DNA of 64,000 nucleotides from Chloroflexota bacterium (GTDB lineage: Bacteria; Chloroflexota; UBA6077; JACCZL01), in assembly GCA_020850535.1 (NCBI GenBank), contig JADZEM010000116.1, forward strand, positions 45,419-109,418. The letters run 5' to 3'. This document shows positions 28,509-37,602 of this stretch, piece by piece. Positions within the stretch are counted from its first letter, which is position 1. The number at the start of each line of letters is the position of its first letter. The notes beneath the pieces were generated by a model, which worked only from the letters and a program-made list of their open reading frames with translations, had not been told where the DNA came from and did no database searches. The position numbers and the translations under genes are program-made.

Positions 28509-29033
28509 CTGAGTACCCCGAGCACGCCGCCTGCGAAGCGGCTCGCAATCTACCCGGGCACGTTTGACCCGGTCCACAACGGTCACGTCGACATCGCGCG
28601 GCGGGCGGCGCTGCTGTTCGACGAGTTGATCGTTGCCGTCTATGACCGGCCAGCCAAGTCGCTGCTGTTCAGCCCGGAGGAGCGGATCAAGTTGGCGCGG
28701 CAGAGCATCGGCGACGGCAGCCCGCACGGGCGGATCATCGTCGAGGGCTACTCCGGGCTGACGGTGAAGTACGCGCGCAAGCGGGGCGCTTGCGCCATCG
28801 TGCGCGGCCTGCGTGCCGTCAGCGACTTCGACTACGAGTACCAGATGACGATTATGAACCGTCACCTGGAGTCGGACATCGAGACGCTGTTCCTGATGAC
28901 CTCGCTGCGGTTCGCGTACCTCAGCTCCAGCCGCCTCAAGGAAGTGGCGAGCGGCGGCGCGGAGATCGACGATCTGGTCCCATCGTCGGTGGCAGCCGCG
29001 CTGCGCGAGCGCTACGAGCGAGCGCACTCATGA
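28509..29033 (+). CDS. coaD: Phosphopantetheine adenylyltransferase.
   Basis: ...KRLAIYPGTFDPVHNGHVDIARRAALLFDELIVAV...RGLRAVSDFDYEYQMTIMNRHL. The homologous N-terminus lies upstream of the first in-frame TTG (28626). There is no ATG/GTG/TTG between the in-frame stop at 28491 and 28626. CTG 28509, preceded by GGAGGA, is the proposed start, but it is uncertain. Confidence 0.7.
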   Translation: MSTPSTPPAKRLAIYPGTFDPVHNGHVDIARRAALLFDELIVAVYDRPAKSLLFSPEERIKLARQSIGDGSPHGRIIVEGYSGLTVKYARKRGACAIVRGLRAVSDFDYEYQMTIMNRHLESDIETLFLMTSLRFAYLSSSRLKEVASGGAEIDDLVPSSVAAALRERYERAHS

Positions 29034-29527
29034 CCGGCGAGCCGATGTCCGACGCTGAAGCCGGAGCCGTCGACTTCATGTACCTGCTCGACCGGCTCGA
29101 AGAGACGCTGGTGACCGGCTCGCGCGTGCCACTGATGGCGCGCACCCTGGTAGACGAGCAGGAGTGCCTGGACATCCTGGATCAGCTTCGCGTCGCCATG
29201 CCGAACGAGATCAAGGAGGCCCGGCGGATCATCGCCGAGCGCGACCACCTCCTGGCCCAGGCCCGCGAGGAGACGGAGCGGATCATCCGTGGCGCTGAGA
29301 ACCGCGCGAACCGCATGATCGACGAGCACGCGGTGGTGCGCGGCGCGCAGAACCGCGCCAACCAGATCGAGGAGCAGGCTGAGCGCGAATCACAGCAGGT
29401 GCGCGAGGAGGCCGAGCAGTACGCCGAGACCGTGCTGTCCCGGGTTCAGGAGCGGCTGGAACAGGCGTTGACGAACGTTCGCACCGGTCTGCGCGAGCTT
29501 GAGGCCGGCGACCGCGCACCGCGATAG
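29030..29527 (+). CDS. Coiled-coil protein of unknown function, overlapping the coaD stop (ATGA).
   Basis: 165 aa, highly charged helical sequence (EIKEARRIIAERDHLLAQAREETERIIRGAENRANRMIDEHAV...). It is reminiscent of ATP-synthase-b-like or DivIVA-like coiled coils, but no specific assignment is possible. Confidence 0.5.
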   Translation: MTGEPMSDAEAGAVDFMYLLDRLEETLVTGSRVPLMARTLVDEQECLDILDQLRVAMPNEIKEARRIIAERDHLLAQAREETERIIRGAENRANRMIDEHAVVRGAQNRANQIEEQAERESQQVREEAEQYAETVLSRVQERLEQALTNVRTGLRELEAGDRAPR

Positions 29528-29732
29528 CGCGTCAGCCGGCCCGGCGAGCGCAGTTTCGCCATATGTCAGCCACGACCGCCGGGTTTTCCCTCAGGGCACG
29601 TATATAATTGCCGCCACTTGAGCCCCCGGGCAGCATGTTCGTCCGACTCCCGCGCGACGACTCGGCACGGCCACCTCGCGCCCCTCGGACGCTCGGCGAC
29701 CTCGGCTCCAACGTTCTGAACGGACGGGCCAG

Positions 29733-30458
29733 ATGCACGTCGTCGTCAATCAGAAGCTGATCACCACCCGTGTCAGGTTCGCCAGCGCGGCGCATCTCGG
29801 CGCACTCGCCGTGTTCGCCGTGGGGCTCTACATCTCCTGGTCGAACCCCGAGCCGTCGCTCGAACAGATGGGCATGGCCTACGGGGCCATCATCATCGGC
29901 CTGATCCTCTACAACGTCGGGCAGGTCTTCCTGCGGCGGTTCGGGCCGCGCAACCGGCAGGATGCCGTCCTGGTCAAGACGCTCAAGAGCCTGGACCGAC
30001 GGTTCCACTTCGTCGCCTTCGCCTCCACGAAGCTGCCCGACTATCTGCTCGTCGGGCCAGCCGGCATCCAGGTGATCGTGACGCGGACGCACGACGGCAG
30101 CATCTCCTGCCGCTCGAACACCTGGAGTCGCGACGCGGGGTCGGGGTTCAAGCGGCTCAGCGGCCTGTTCGGCGGGCAGCCGTTCGGCGATCCGGGCGAG
30201 GATGCCGCGAAGGCCATCGCCAGCGTCCGCAAGAAGCTGGCTGAGGGTGGCATCCCCGAGACAAGCCAGCCGCCCGTCGACGCGGTCATCGCGTTCACCA
30301 ACCCGGCCGCCAAACTACGGATCGACGGCAGCACCTACCCCGTCACCAACCTCAAGGGCCTGCGCGGAACGATTCGCGGCGGGGGCGGCAAGGCATCGCG
30401 CGACCGTGCGCTTGACGAGCGGGCGGCCGAGCGGGTGGTGCAGGCGCTCACGGGATGA
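29733..30458 (+). CDS. NERD (nuclease-related) domain membrane protein.
   Basis: 241 aa. Two N-terminal TM helices, then FHFVAFASTKLPDYLLVGPAGIQVIVTRTHDG, which resembles the NERD core. A -10-like TATAAT is at 29604-29609 upstream. The stop overlaps the subtilase start (ATGA). Confidence 0.55.
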   Translation: MHVVVNQKLITTRVRFASAAHLGALAVFAVGLYISWSNPEPSLEQMGMAYGAIIIGLILYNVGQVFLRRFGPRNRQDAVLVKTLKSLDRRFHFVAFASTKLPDYLLVGPAGIQVIVTRTHDGSISCRSNTWSRDAGSGFKRLSGLFGGQPFGDPGEDAAKAIASVRKKLAEGGIPETSQPPVDAVIAFTNPAAKLRIDGSTYPVTNLKGLRGTIRGGGGKASRDRALDERAAERVVQALTG

Positions 30459-33058
30459 ACACCAGCGCTGCTCGCAGCCGTGGCGTCGGTGGCGGGTGGA
30501 GGCGGCTGATCGCAGCCATGCTCACCCTTGCGCTGATCGCTGGCTGCATTCCGAGCAGCGATCCAGCGGCGGAAGCGCCAGCCGGTCAGACCGCCGAGCA
30601 GGCCGACGCGGGCCTCGTTCCGGGGCACGTGGTCGTCATCGTCGGGGCCGATGCATCGCTGCCGGCGGTCCTGGACGACGCGATCGGCGGAAGCATTCGC
30701 CTCCTCGACACGCTCCCCGAGCTGCGGGCTGCCGTCCTTGGCGTGCCGCTCGGGCGGGAGGCGGCGGCCATCGCACAGCTCCAGCACGATCCACGGATCG
30801 TGAGCGCCCAGCGGAGCGCCGTCCTCAGCACGCTGACGGTCCCCGATGACCCGATCTACAAGGAGTTTCAGTGGGGCGTCCGCAAGATCGGCATGGAGAC
30901 CGTCTGGGATGTCACCACCGGCAGCCCTGATGTGATCGTGGCGGTGCTCGACACTGGCGTGGACGAGGCCCACCCCGACCTTGAGCCGAACGTCATCGAC
31001 GGCTACGACTTCGTGAACGACGACCCGGACGCCTGGGACGACTCGTCGCACGGGACGCATGTGGCGGGCGTCATCGCCGCCGTCGGCGACAACGACGAGG
31101 GGACGGCCGGCATGACGTGGCGCTCCAAGATCATGCCGATCAAGGTGCTGGACGCGAAAGGCCTGGGACCGGACGCTGCCGTCTCTAAGGGCATCATCTA
31201 CGCCGTCGAGAACAAGGCGCGGATCATCAACCTCTCGTCCGGGACGCCGTATCAGTCGAAACTGCTGGACGACGCCGTCAAGTTTGCTGAGCGCCGTGGC
31301 GTGCTGGTCGTCGCGGCGGCCGGCAACACCGGCGACAAGGGCAACGAGGTCATCTACCCGGCCGCGTACGCGAATGTACTGGCCGTGGGAGCCACCGACG
31401 AGAAGGACCAGGCGCCGCCATTCTCCCAGCGGCAGCCGTATGTGGCCATCGCGGCCCCCGGCGTCGATATCCCTGGGCCAGCGTGGCGCGACGCCGGCAA
31501 CGGCCCCTACATCCTGCACACCGGCACCTCGGCGGCGGCCCCACACGTCTCCGGCCTCGCAGCCCTGCTGCTCTCGATCCAGCCGACGCTCTCGCCCCAG
31601 CAGATCCGAGACATCATCATCGGCACGGCGGATCAGGTGAACCCACGCTCGCGAGATGCTTTCCTGGGCGCGGGACGCATCAACGCCCTGAAGGCGGTCA
31701 ACTCGCTGCGCCCGATTCCCGTGCCGACGCGCCCGGTCATCCGCCCGACGGCCACGCCCGAGCGGCTGCCAGGGACGCCAGCCGTGCCGCAGGCGCCACG
31801 TATCGTCCTGCCGTCGATCAAGCCGCTGCCACAGCCTGGCCCGCTTCCGGAGGAGCCGATCTCCTGGTTCTTCGCCGAGGGCAACACCACGGCCGGCTTC
31901 GAGACCTGGCTGACCATTCAGAACCCGATGCCCGCGCCGGCCTCGGCGCGCGTGACGTTCATGACCCAGGATGGACCGGTCGCACGGCAGACCGTCGTGG
32001 TGCCGCCCAGCTCCCGCAAGAGCCTGCACGTCAACGAGATCGTGCCGGGCGCGCTGGTGGCGACGCGGGTCGACTCCAACACGCCTGTCTTCGCCGAGCG
32101 CACGGTGTACTTCGGGCACGACGCCATCGGCGGCATCGGCACGCGGTCCGGCGCGCGCTCGTGGTACCTCGCCGAAGGCTCGACGCAGCCGCCGTTTGAC
32201 ACCTGGATTCTCCTGCTGAACCCGAACGACGAGGAGACCGTCGCCCACCTGACGTTCATGCTGGAGAACGGCGGGACCATCGAGGCCACCCAGCCGCTGC
32301 CGCCGCAATCTCGCGTCAGCTTCGACTCGAACGATGTCATCGAGTCGGCCGGGTTCGCCACCGAAGTCCGCGCCGATCTACCCATCGTGGTCGAGCGGTC
32401 GATGTACTTCGGGTCCGGCGGCGGCCACGGGACCATCGGCGTCAAGACGCCCGGCAAGACCTGGTTCCTGGCCGAGGGCGACAGCCGCCCGGGCGTGGAC
32501 ACCTGGATCCTGCTCCAGAACCCGAGCGCCACCGACGTCGCCAACGTCTCCGTCACGTTCATCAAGGACGACGGCACGACCGAGGTCGCCTACTACGCGC
32601 TCGATCCACGCACGCGCTTGAGCCTGTTCGCCGATACCGTGGTGCCGAACACGACGTTCGGGGCGCGCATCGACGCCGACCAGCAGATCATCGTCGAGCG
32701 GTCGATCTACCTCGCCAACGGGGCGGGCGGGCATGCATCAGCCGCCGTGCAGATCCCCGAGACGGAGTGGTTTCTGCCGGAGGGGAGCACTCGCGCCCCC
32801 TACCGTGAGATCATCGCCATCCTGAACCCCAGCCCCGAGCAGACGCAGGTGGACTTGACGTTCACCCAGCCGGACGGGCAGCCGCCCGTCACCCAGAGCT
32901 TCGTCATGGAGCCGACGAGCCGCCTGTCCGTCGAGGCCAACAAGTACGTGCCGGACGCCGACATCTCGACCCGGGTGATCGCAGACCACCCGGTCGTGGT
33001 GGAGCGGTCGATGTACTGGGAGCGCGGGGCGACCAGCTCGCCCGGCCTGACCCGATAG
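30455..33058 (+). CDS. S8 subtilisin-like serine peptidase lipoprotein with five tandem ~100-aa C-terminal repeat domains.
   Basis: 867 aa. Lipobox LALIAGC. Catalytic triad contexts VAVLDTGVDEAHPDL, HGTHVAGVIAA, GTSAAAPHVSGLAALL. After a Pro-rich linker, there are 5 repeats each starting W[FY][FL][AP]EG.T and containing TW[IL].[IL].NP. Confidence 0.85.
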   Translation: MNTSAARSRGVGGGWRRLIAAMLTLALIAGCIPSSDPAAEAPAGQTAEQADAGLVPGHVVVIVGADASLPAVLDDAIGGSIRLLDTLPELRAAVLGVPLGREAAAIAQLQHDPRIVSAQRSAVLSTLTVPDDPIYKEFQWGVRKIGMETVWDVTTGSPDVIVAVLDTGVDEAHPDLEPNVIDGYDFVNDDPDAWDDSSHGTHVAGVIAAVGDNDEGTAGMTWRSKIMPIKVLDAKGLGPDAAVSKGIIYAVENKARIINLSSGTPYQSKLLDDAVKFAERRGVLVVAAAGNTGDKGNEVIYPAAYANVLAVGATDEKDQAPPFSQRQPYVAIAAPGVDIPGPAWRDAGNGPYILHTGTSAAAPHVSGLAALLLSIQPTLSPQQIRDIIIGTADQVNPRSRDAFLGAGRINALKAVNSLRPIPVPTRPVIRPTATPERLPGTPAVPQAPRIVLPSIKPLPQPGPLPEEPISWFFAEGNTTAGFETWLTIQNPMPAPASARVTFMTQDGPVARQTVVVPPSSRKSLHVNEIVPGALVATRVDSNTPVFAERTVYFGHDAIGGIGTRSGARSWYLAEGSTQPPFDTWILLLNPNDEETVAHLTFMLENGGTIEATQPLPPQSRVSFDSNDVIESAGFATEVRADLPIVVERSMYFGSGGGHGTIGVKTPGKTWFLAEGDSRPGVDTWILLQNPSATDVANVSVTFIKDDGTTEVAYYALDPRTRLSLFADTVVPNTTFGARIDADQQIIVERSIYLANGAGGHASAAVQIPETEWFLPEGSTRAPYREIIAILNPSPEQTQVDLTFTQPDGQPPVTQSFVMEPTSRLSVEANKYVPDADISTRVIADHPVVVERSMYWERGATSSPGLTR

Positions 33059-33105
33059 TGGCCTGTCAGTCGTGAACGACCGGGACGGGTCACTCGACGC
33101 TTCCC

Positions 33106-33224
33106 CCGTCATCCCGAGCGGAGTGAGCGTGCGAACGCAGTCGAGGGATCTTCCTCGTCAGTCGTCCCTCACCTGGGGAAGATCCCTCCGCTCCGCTCGT
33201 TCCTCGCCGCGGTCGGGATGACAG
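33106..33224. mobile_element. MITE-like element, copy 1: terminal inverted repeats GTCATCCCGAGCGG ... CCGCGGTCGGGATGAC flanking an internal hairpin (gagggatcttcc...ggaagatccctc).
   Basis: Seen directly. The right end, cgctcgttcctcgcCGcggtcgggatgaca, matches copy 2 at 42907-42936 with 2 mismatches. It is intergenic, immediately after the subtilase stop. Confidence 0.5.
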
Positions 33225-33450
33225 ACGGGAGGGCGTTTCTCGCTGCTGTCAGGTTGACGATGGGCACCGAGCGACCCTGCGATTCACGTCTGCCGAGCCA
33301 CTTGTCCGGCGCCGGACAGTTGCTACGAGAAACTGGCACGGACGTTGCCACCCCTCTTCTGCCAACGTCCGTGCGCGAAGCGCTGCTGCACCGTCGCCGG
33401 TCTCCAAGGCGGCGCTCTCGCCGGGCCATCCTCCGTAGAGGGACACGACG

Positions 33451-33723
33451 ATGGCTCATCACTTCAACGTGCGCTGCATGCTGTGTGGCCGAAACGCCGG
33501 ACTCGTTCGCGCGGGCGTCTTCCATCGACTGCCGGACACTCCACCCCTGACCGCTCGTGGCAGCCGCTCGACGTGCGGCTACTGTCGCGGGAGCCTCTAC
33601 CTCGAACCGGACAACGGCCCCGTGTCACTGGTGGCCTCAACAGCCGAGCCGCAACAGGCTCAGCCTCGACGGTCAGGCCGAGCGGCGGTCGCGCAGCAGA
33701 CGGTGCGCCGCCGCTCGGCCTGA
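33451..33723 (+). CDS. Small zinc-ribbon protein (90 aa).
   Basis: MAHHFNVRCMLCGRN...STCGYCRGSLYLE has two CxxC pairs. The RBS AGAGGGA is 7 nt upstream. The basic C-terminal tail is low complexity. Confidence 0.45.
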   Translation: MAHHFNVRCMLCGRNAGLVRAGVFHRLPDTPPLTARGSRSTCGYCRGSLYLEPDNGPVSLVASTAEPQQAQPRRSGRAAVAQQTVRRRSA

Positions 33724-33801
33724 GGGGAGAGGGCGGCCCGGCCGGCGAGGGCGGACCGGCCTTCTGGCGCGGGCCGCCCTTGCCTCGCGTATCCTTGTAC
33801 C

Positions 33802-34152
33802 GTGACCCACCGAGACGAGCTGGAAGTCCAGGCCCGCGAGCAGGCCGATGTGCTGCTGGAGTACCTCGTCCAGCGGTCGGAACAGGTCGAGTATCGCCAG
33901 GGCACCTACCTGTTGGCCGCGCTGGCCGCCGAGCTTGGCGGCATCGTGCAGCGGCGCTGCTGGGAGTTGGCGAAGGAGGGCGATCCGTCCTGGGAGATGG
34001 CGGCCGGCGAGGCCGAGACGCTGATCAACGCCGCCTGGCGCTGTATGGCCTCGGTGGATGGCCTGATCGAGCAGGACGCCCGCCGCATCCGCGAGCAGGA
34101 GGCCCGGCTCGAACGGGAGCGCCAGCAGCGCGGCGACGAGCCCCCGCACTGA
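33802..34152 (+). CDS. Hypothetical protein (116 aa), helical and charged.
   Basis: GTG start. It has high GC3 in frame and a non-repetitive composition (EYLVQRSEQVEYRQGTYLLAALAAELGGIVQRRCWELAKEGDPSWEM...). The antisense 200-aa ORF is Arg/Gly-rich and was judged spurious. Confidence 0.45.
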   Translation: MTHRDELEVQAREQADVLLEYLVQRSEQVEYRQGTYLLAALAAELGGIVQRRCWELAKEGDPSWEMAAGEAETLINAAWRCMASVDGLIEQDARRIREQEARLERERQQRGDEPPH

Positions 34153-34250
34153 CCGGCCACACGCCGCCGCCCCGCGAACCTGTCCAGAAGTGATGCCGGA
34201 CCGGCCCGCCGGCCCATCCCTCTGCCCTCCATGAGGTCGTTTTTCCTCAT

Positions 34251-34532
34251 GTGAGCAGCAACAATCTCGCATCACCCTCCGAATCTACTCCCGACTTCTC
34301 GGTGCAGATTTCGCTCGGGCCGATCATTGCCGAAGGGCGCGTCCTGGACGCCGTCGCCGGCCGTGACCTGTGCGGAACCCTGGACGATATCGCGGACGCG
34401 CTCGGGATCAGCTACGGCGATCTCCGAACCGCGCTCGACGAGCTGGTCAGCATCGGCTGGGTCTCGCTGGACCTGCGCCGCGACGGCCTGATCGTCCTGA
34501 GCCTCCCAGAAGACGCCCGCGCCGCTAGCTGA
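34251..34532 (+). CDS. Hypothetical small protein (93 aa), possible winged-helix fold.
   Basis: GTG start. RVLDAVAGRDLCGTLDDIADALGISYGDLRTALDELVSIGWVSLD is HTH-like. Confidence 0.4.
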   Translation: MSSNNLASPSESTPDFSVQISLGPIIAEGRVLDAVAGRDLCGTLDDIADALGISYGDLRTALDELVSIGWVSLDLRRDGLIVLSLPEDARAAS

Positions 34533-34569
34533 CCGACCGTCCCGGCAGGCTCCACGGGGGAGCCTGAAT

Positions 34570-35283
34570 CTACCGGGGGATCGGGCTGCCTGGCGCCGCG
34601 TCCGGGATGACCAGGCGCTCGCCGATCCGAAGAATTCGGTTCCGATCCGTGAAGCCGTTCGCCTGCATGATCGCGTCGATGGTGACGCCGTAGCGCTGCG
34701 CGATCCGGTTCAGCGTATCGCCACCCTCCACGACGTGCACCCGCTGCTGCGGCGGCGATGCCACGCTCGACGCGGGCGATGGGGACGGCGACGGAACCAG
34801 GAACGGCGGCGGACTGGAGATCGGGTTCGGGCTGGCGATGGCCGTCGTGCCGGCGGCGACCGGCGTTGGCGTGCCGCTGGCCGTGGACGACCCGGACGAG
34901 TCGAACACCCAGCGCAGCGTGAAGAACAGCACCACCACGCCGACCAGCAGGACGCCAGCCAGAATCCAGGTGTAGGCGCTCATGGCGGCACGGTCGTTGC
35001 GGCCACGGCCAGCCCGCGCCGGCCGGGAACCGCCCATCGGGCGTGCCGCTCCCACGGGCACAGCCTGCGCGCGAAGTCCAGGACGACGGCCAATAGCAGG
35101 ACGCCGCGCTGGCTGGCGAGTCTGGCCCCTGGCGCCTCCCATCAGGCGCGCGCGGACCTTCTCGATCCACTCGCGAGCTTGATCGACGAGGTCTCCGCCG
35201 GTCGAACTCATTGGCGGCACGCGCTCCTCCCCGGCTGTGGAACCGTCGAACCCGGCCGCTGGGCGACCTGGAGCGTGGCGCAT
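34570..35283 (-). CDS. LysM domain membrane protein.
   Basis: C-terminal Lys[47 protein letters not shown]. Single [18 protein letters not shown]. Pro/Ser-rich linker. An alternative start is at 35211. Confidence 0.6.
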   Translation of the reverse strand: MRHAPGRPAAGFDGSTAGEERVPPMSSTGGDLVDQAREWIEKVRARLMGGARGQTRQPARRPAIGRRPGLRAQAVPVGAARPMGGSRPARAGRGRNDRAAMSAYTWILAGVLLVGVVVLFFTLRWVFDSSGSSTASGTPTPVAAGTTAIASPNPISSPPPFLVPSPSPSPASSVASPPQQRVHVVEGGDTLNRIAQRYGVTIDAIMQANGFTDRNRILRIGERLVIPDAAPGSPIPR

Positions 35284-35420
35284 TATACGTCAACTGCGAT
35301 CAGCCGTCCTGGACCGCACCGGGGAAATCGGTCATCCGGCCGACCCAGCGAGGCAAAATCGCGTCAGGGGCGACGCCTTCGCTGGCATCCACGGCCCCCG
35401 ACGCGGCACAGCTGTGCGCG

Positions 35421-36191
35421 CTACGGCATCGAGATCGAGTAGCCACCGTCGACCGGAATGGCCGTGCCGGTGACGTAGTCGCTGGCCGGAGCGGCCAGGA
35501 AGCAGGCCAGACCCGCCAGGTCATACGGTGTGCCCCAGCGGCCGGCGGGAGTCCGCATGTTGACGCGCGCCTCCAGGTCAGTGCGGTACTTGCGCGCGCT
35601 CTGCGTCAGCTCGGTGTCGATCCAGCCGGGCAGGATACAGTTCACCTGGATGTTCTGCTCGGCCCAGGCCACCGCGATGGACCGGCTCCACTGGACCACC
35701 GCTCCCTTGGAGGCGGCGTAGATCGGGCCGTACGGGTGCCCGAGGAAGCTGGCCATCGACCCGATGTTGATGATTTTGCCACCCCCGGCGTCGCGCATCG
35801 GGAAGTAGGCCGCCTGGCAGCAGAGGAAGATCGACGTCATGTTGGTGTTCATCAACTGGTGGTACTCGTCGAGCGTGTACTCCTCGGGCCGCCGCCGGAT
35901 CCCGATGCCGGCGTTGTTCACCATGATGTGCAGGCCGCCCAGCTGATCCACCGTCCGGCTCACCAGCGCCGTCACCTGCTCGGGGACCGTCACATCGCAC
36001 TCGATGGCGATGGCGGCGCCGGCCCGCGTCCGGTTCAACTGCTCGGCGGCCGCTGCCGACTTCTCGGCGTTGCGCCCGGAGACGACAACCGACGCGCCAC
36101 ACTCGACCAGCCCCTGCGCGATGCCGAGGCCAATGCCGCCGTTGCCGCCGGTGACGATGGCCACGCGGCCCGACAGATCGAACAACTTCAT
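35421..36191 (-). CDS. SDR family oxidoreductase.
   Basis: 256 aa from ATG 36191. MKLFDLSGRVAIVTGGNGGIGLG (TGxxxGxG). Catalytic YAASKGAV (YxxxK). Confidence 0.85.
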   Translation of the reverse strand: MKLFDLSGRVAIVTGGNGGIGLGIAQGLVECGASVVVSGRNAEKSAAAAEQLNRTRAGAAIAIECDVTVPEQVTALVSRTVDQLGGLHIMVNNAGIGIRRRPEEYTLDEYHQLMNTNMTSIFLCCQAAYFPMRDAGGGKIINIGSMASFLGHPYGPIYAASKGAVVQWSRSIAVAWAEQNIQVNCILPGWIDTELTQSARKYRTDLEARVNMRTPAGRWGTPYDLAGLACFLAAPASDYVTGTAIPVDGGYSISMP

Positions 36192-36268
36192 GCAACAACT
36201 CCTGTGCGCCGGGGACACAGCCAGCCGGCCGCCCCGACGCGATGGTGCGGTGTGGGCGTCGCCGGCCG

Positions 36269-36733
36269 CTACTCGGCAGGCTCGTCCGGCAGCTTCAGCT
36301 CGCCGCGCGCTTCGAGAACGTCGGCCAGCAGGCCGGCGCCCGTCATAGTGACGGGGAAGCCAGCGTAGACGCCGCAGTGGATCAGCAGCTCGACCAGCTC
36401 ATCCTTGCTGATGCCGACGTTCAGCGCCGCGTGGAGGTGGGTTGTCGCCTCGCGATCCCGCCCGAGCGCCAGCAGCACGCCGCAGGTGATCAGCTCGCGG
36501 TCCCGCTCGCTGAGTCCCGGCCGGTCGAGAATAGTGCCCCAGGCGAACTCGATCAGAACCTTTTCGAGATCCGGGTGGACAGCTTGCAGCATCCGACGGC
36601 GGCGGGTGCCGGCCCCGCCCACGATGCGGTTCCGGCGAGCCAGCCCTCGACGATACGCCTCGGAGTGGCCGTCATCGGCCGGCAGAGCCTGCTGATCGTT
36701 CTCGTCGCTCACGTGCGCCCCCTTGACCAGCAC
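36269..36733 (-). CDS. Carboxymuconolactone decarboxylase (CMD/AhpD-like) family protein.
   Basis: ...DLEKVLIEFAWGTILDRPGLSERDRELITCGVLLALGRDREATTHLHAALNVGISKDELVELLIHCGVYAGFP is a CMD-family core. Confidence 0.7.
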   Translation of the reverse strand: MLVKGAHVSDENDQQALPADDGHSEAYRRGLARRNRIVGGAGTRRRRMLQAVHPDLEKVLIEFAWGTILDRPGLSERDRELITCGVLLALGRDREATTHLHAALNVGISKDELVELLIHCGVYAGFPVTMTGAGLLADVLEARGELKLPDEPAE

Positions 36734-36802
36734 GAGGATCGCAAAGTGAGGCCGCGGGCGGCAACCAGGGGCGAACGCGCAGCCTGGGCGTTCAGGACTC
36801 CG

Positions 36803-37591
36803 TCACGCCCGCACGAACTCCGCTACGGCCTTCGCGAACTCGCGGGGCCGAGAGGCGTGGACCGCGTGGCGCGCCCCCGGAATCGTCAGCAGCGTGCCGT
36901 GCGGGAGCGCATCCACGGCGCGCTGCGCGGCGTCGGCGCTCATGGCTGCGTCGAGGGCCGGATCGGCGGCGATCAGCAAGGTCTCGGCCTGGACGTTCCG
37001 CAGCATCCCGACAACTGACGGGTAGCCTGCCTCGGCGCGCAGCGCTGCCTGAAACGCACCATCGGCGGCCGACCGGTACAGGTCGGCCAGGGCTTTCGCG
37101 TACAGATCGCCGATGCCCGGCTCGCGGCGCAGCAGCTCGTCCTCCAGCGCCCCCGGGCGGCCGTGACGCAGCCGCTCGACCACCTCGATATGCTCGCGGG
37201 AGCGGGTCGGGTCGAATGGAGGATCCACCAGGATCAGCTTGCCGAGCAGCTCCGGGCGCTCGGCGGCCAGTTGCGCGGCGACGACCGCCCCCAGTGAGTG
37301 CCCGATGACGGCCAGCGGGCGCGACGGCTCGTGTGCCAGCAGCGCGGAGATGTCGCCGACGTAGTCACGAGGGAGGTAGCCGGCCGAGGGCTTGTCGCTC
37401 TCGCCGTGACCGCGCAGGTCGGGTGCCACCAGCCGCCCCAGCTCCCCGATCAGCCGTCCGATACCCTGCCAGACCGCCCCTGAGACGCCTAACCCGTGCA
37501 GCAGCACGATCGGAGCGGCGTCCGCGCCGAGCGTGCGGATCATCAGGGTGACCCCACCCACATCTTCGCGGCGGCGCGTCCACGATGCCAT
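36803..37591 (-). CDS. Alpha/beta hydrolase fold protein.
   Basis: PIVLLHGLGVSGAVWQ, nucleophile elbow VIGHSLGAVVA, C-terminal His region. Confidence 0.8.
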   Translation of the reverse strand: MASWTRRREDVGGVTLMIRTLGADAAPIVLLHGLGVSGAVWQGIGRLIGELGRLVAPDLRGHGESDKPSAGYLPRDYVGDISALLAHEPSRPLAVIGHSLGAVVAAQLAAERPELLGKLILVDPPFDPTRSREHIEVVERLRHGRPGALEDELLRREPGIGDLYAKALADLYRSAADGAFQAALRAEAGYPSVVGMLRNVQAETLLIAADPALDAAMSADAAQRAVDALPHGTLLTIPGARHAVHASRPREFAKAVAEFVRA

Positions 37592-37602
37592 AGGAGATGA
37601 TT

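Noticed and set aside
29733-30458. Calling the NERD protein an active nuclease or defense effector.
   Set aside because: The segment aligning to the NERD core appears to lack the usual acidic/lysine catalytic positions, so only the domain family is reported, not an activity.
33345-34193. 282-aa plus-strand ORF spanning the small-gene region, and the 200-aa minus-strand ORF 33673-34275.
   Set aside because: Both are Arg/Pro/Gly-rich low-complexity translations in alternative frames of better-behaved small ORFs. They are judged spurious.
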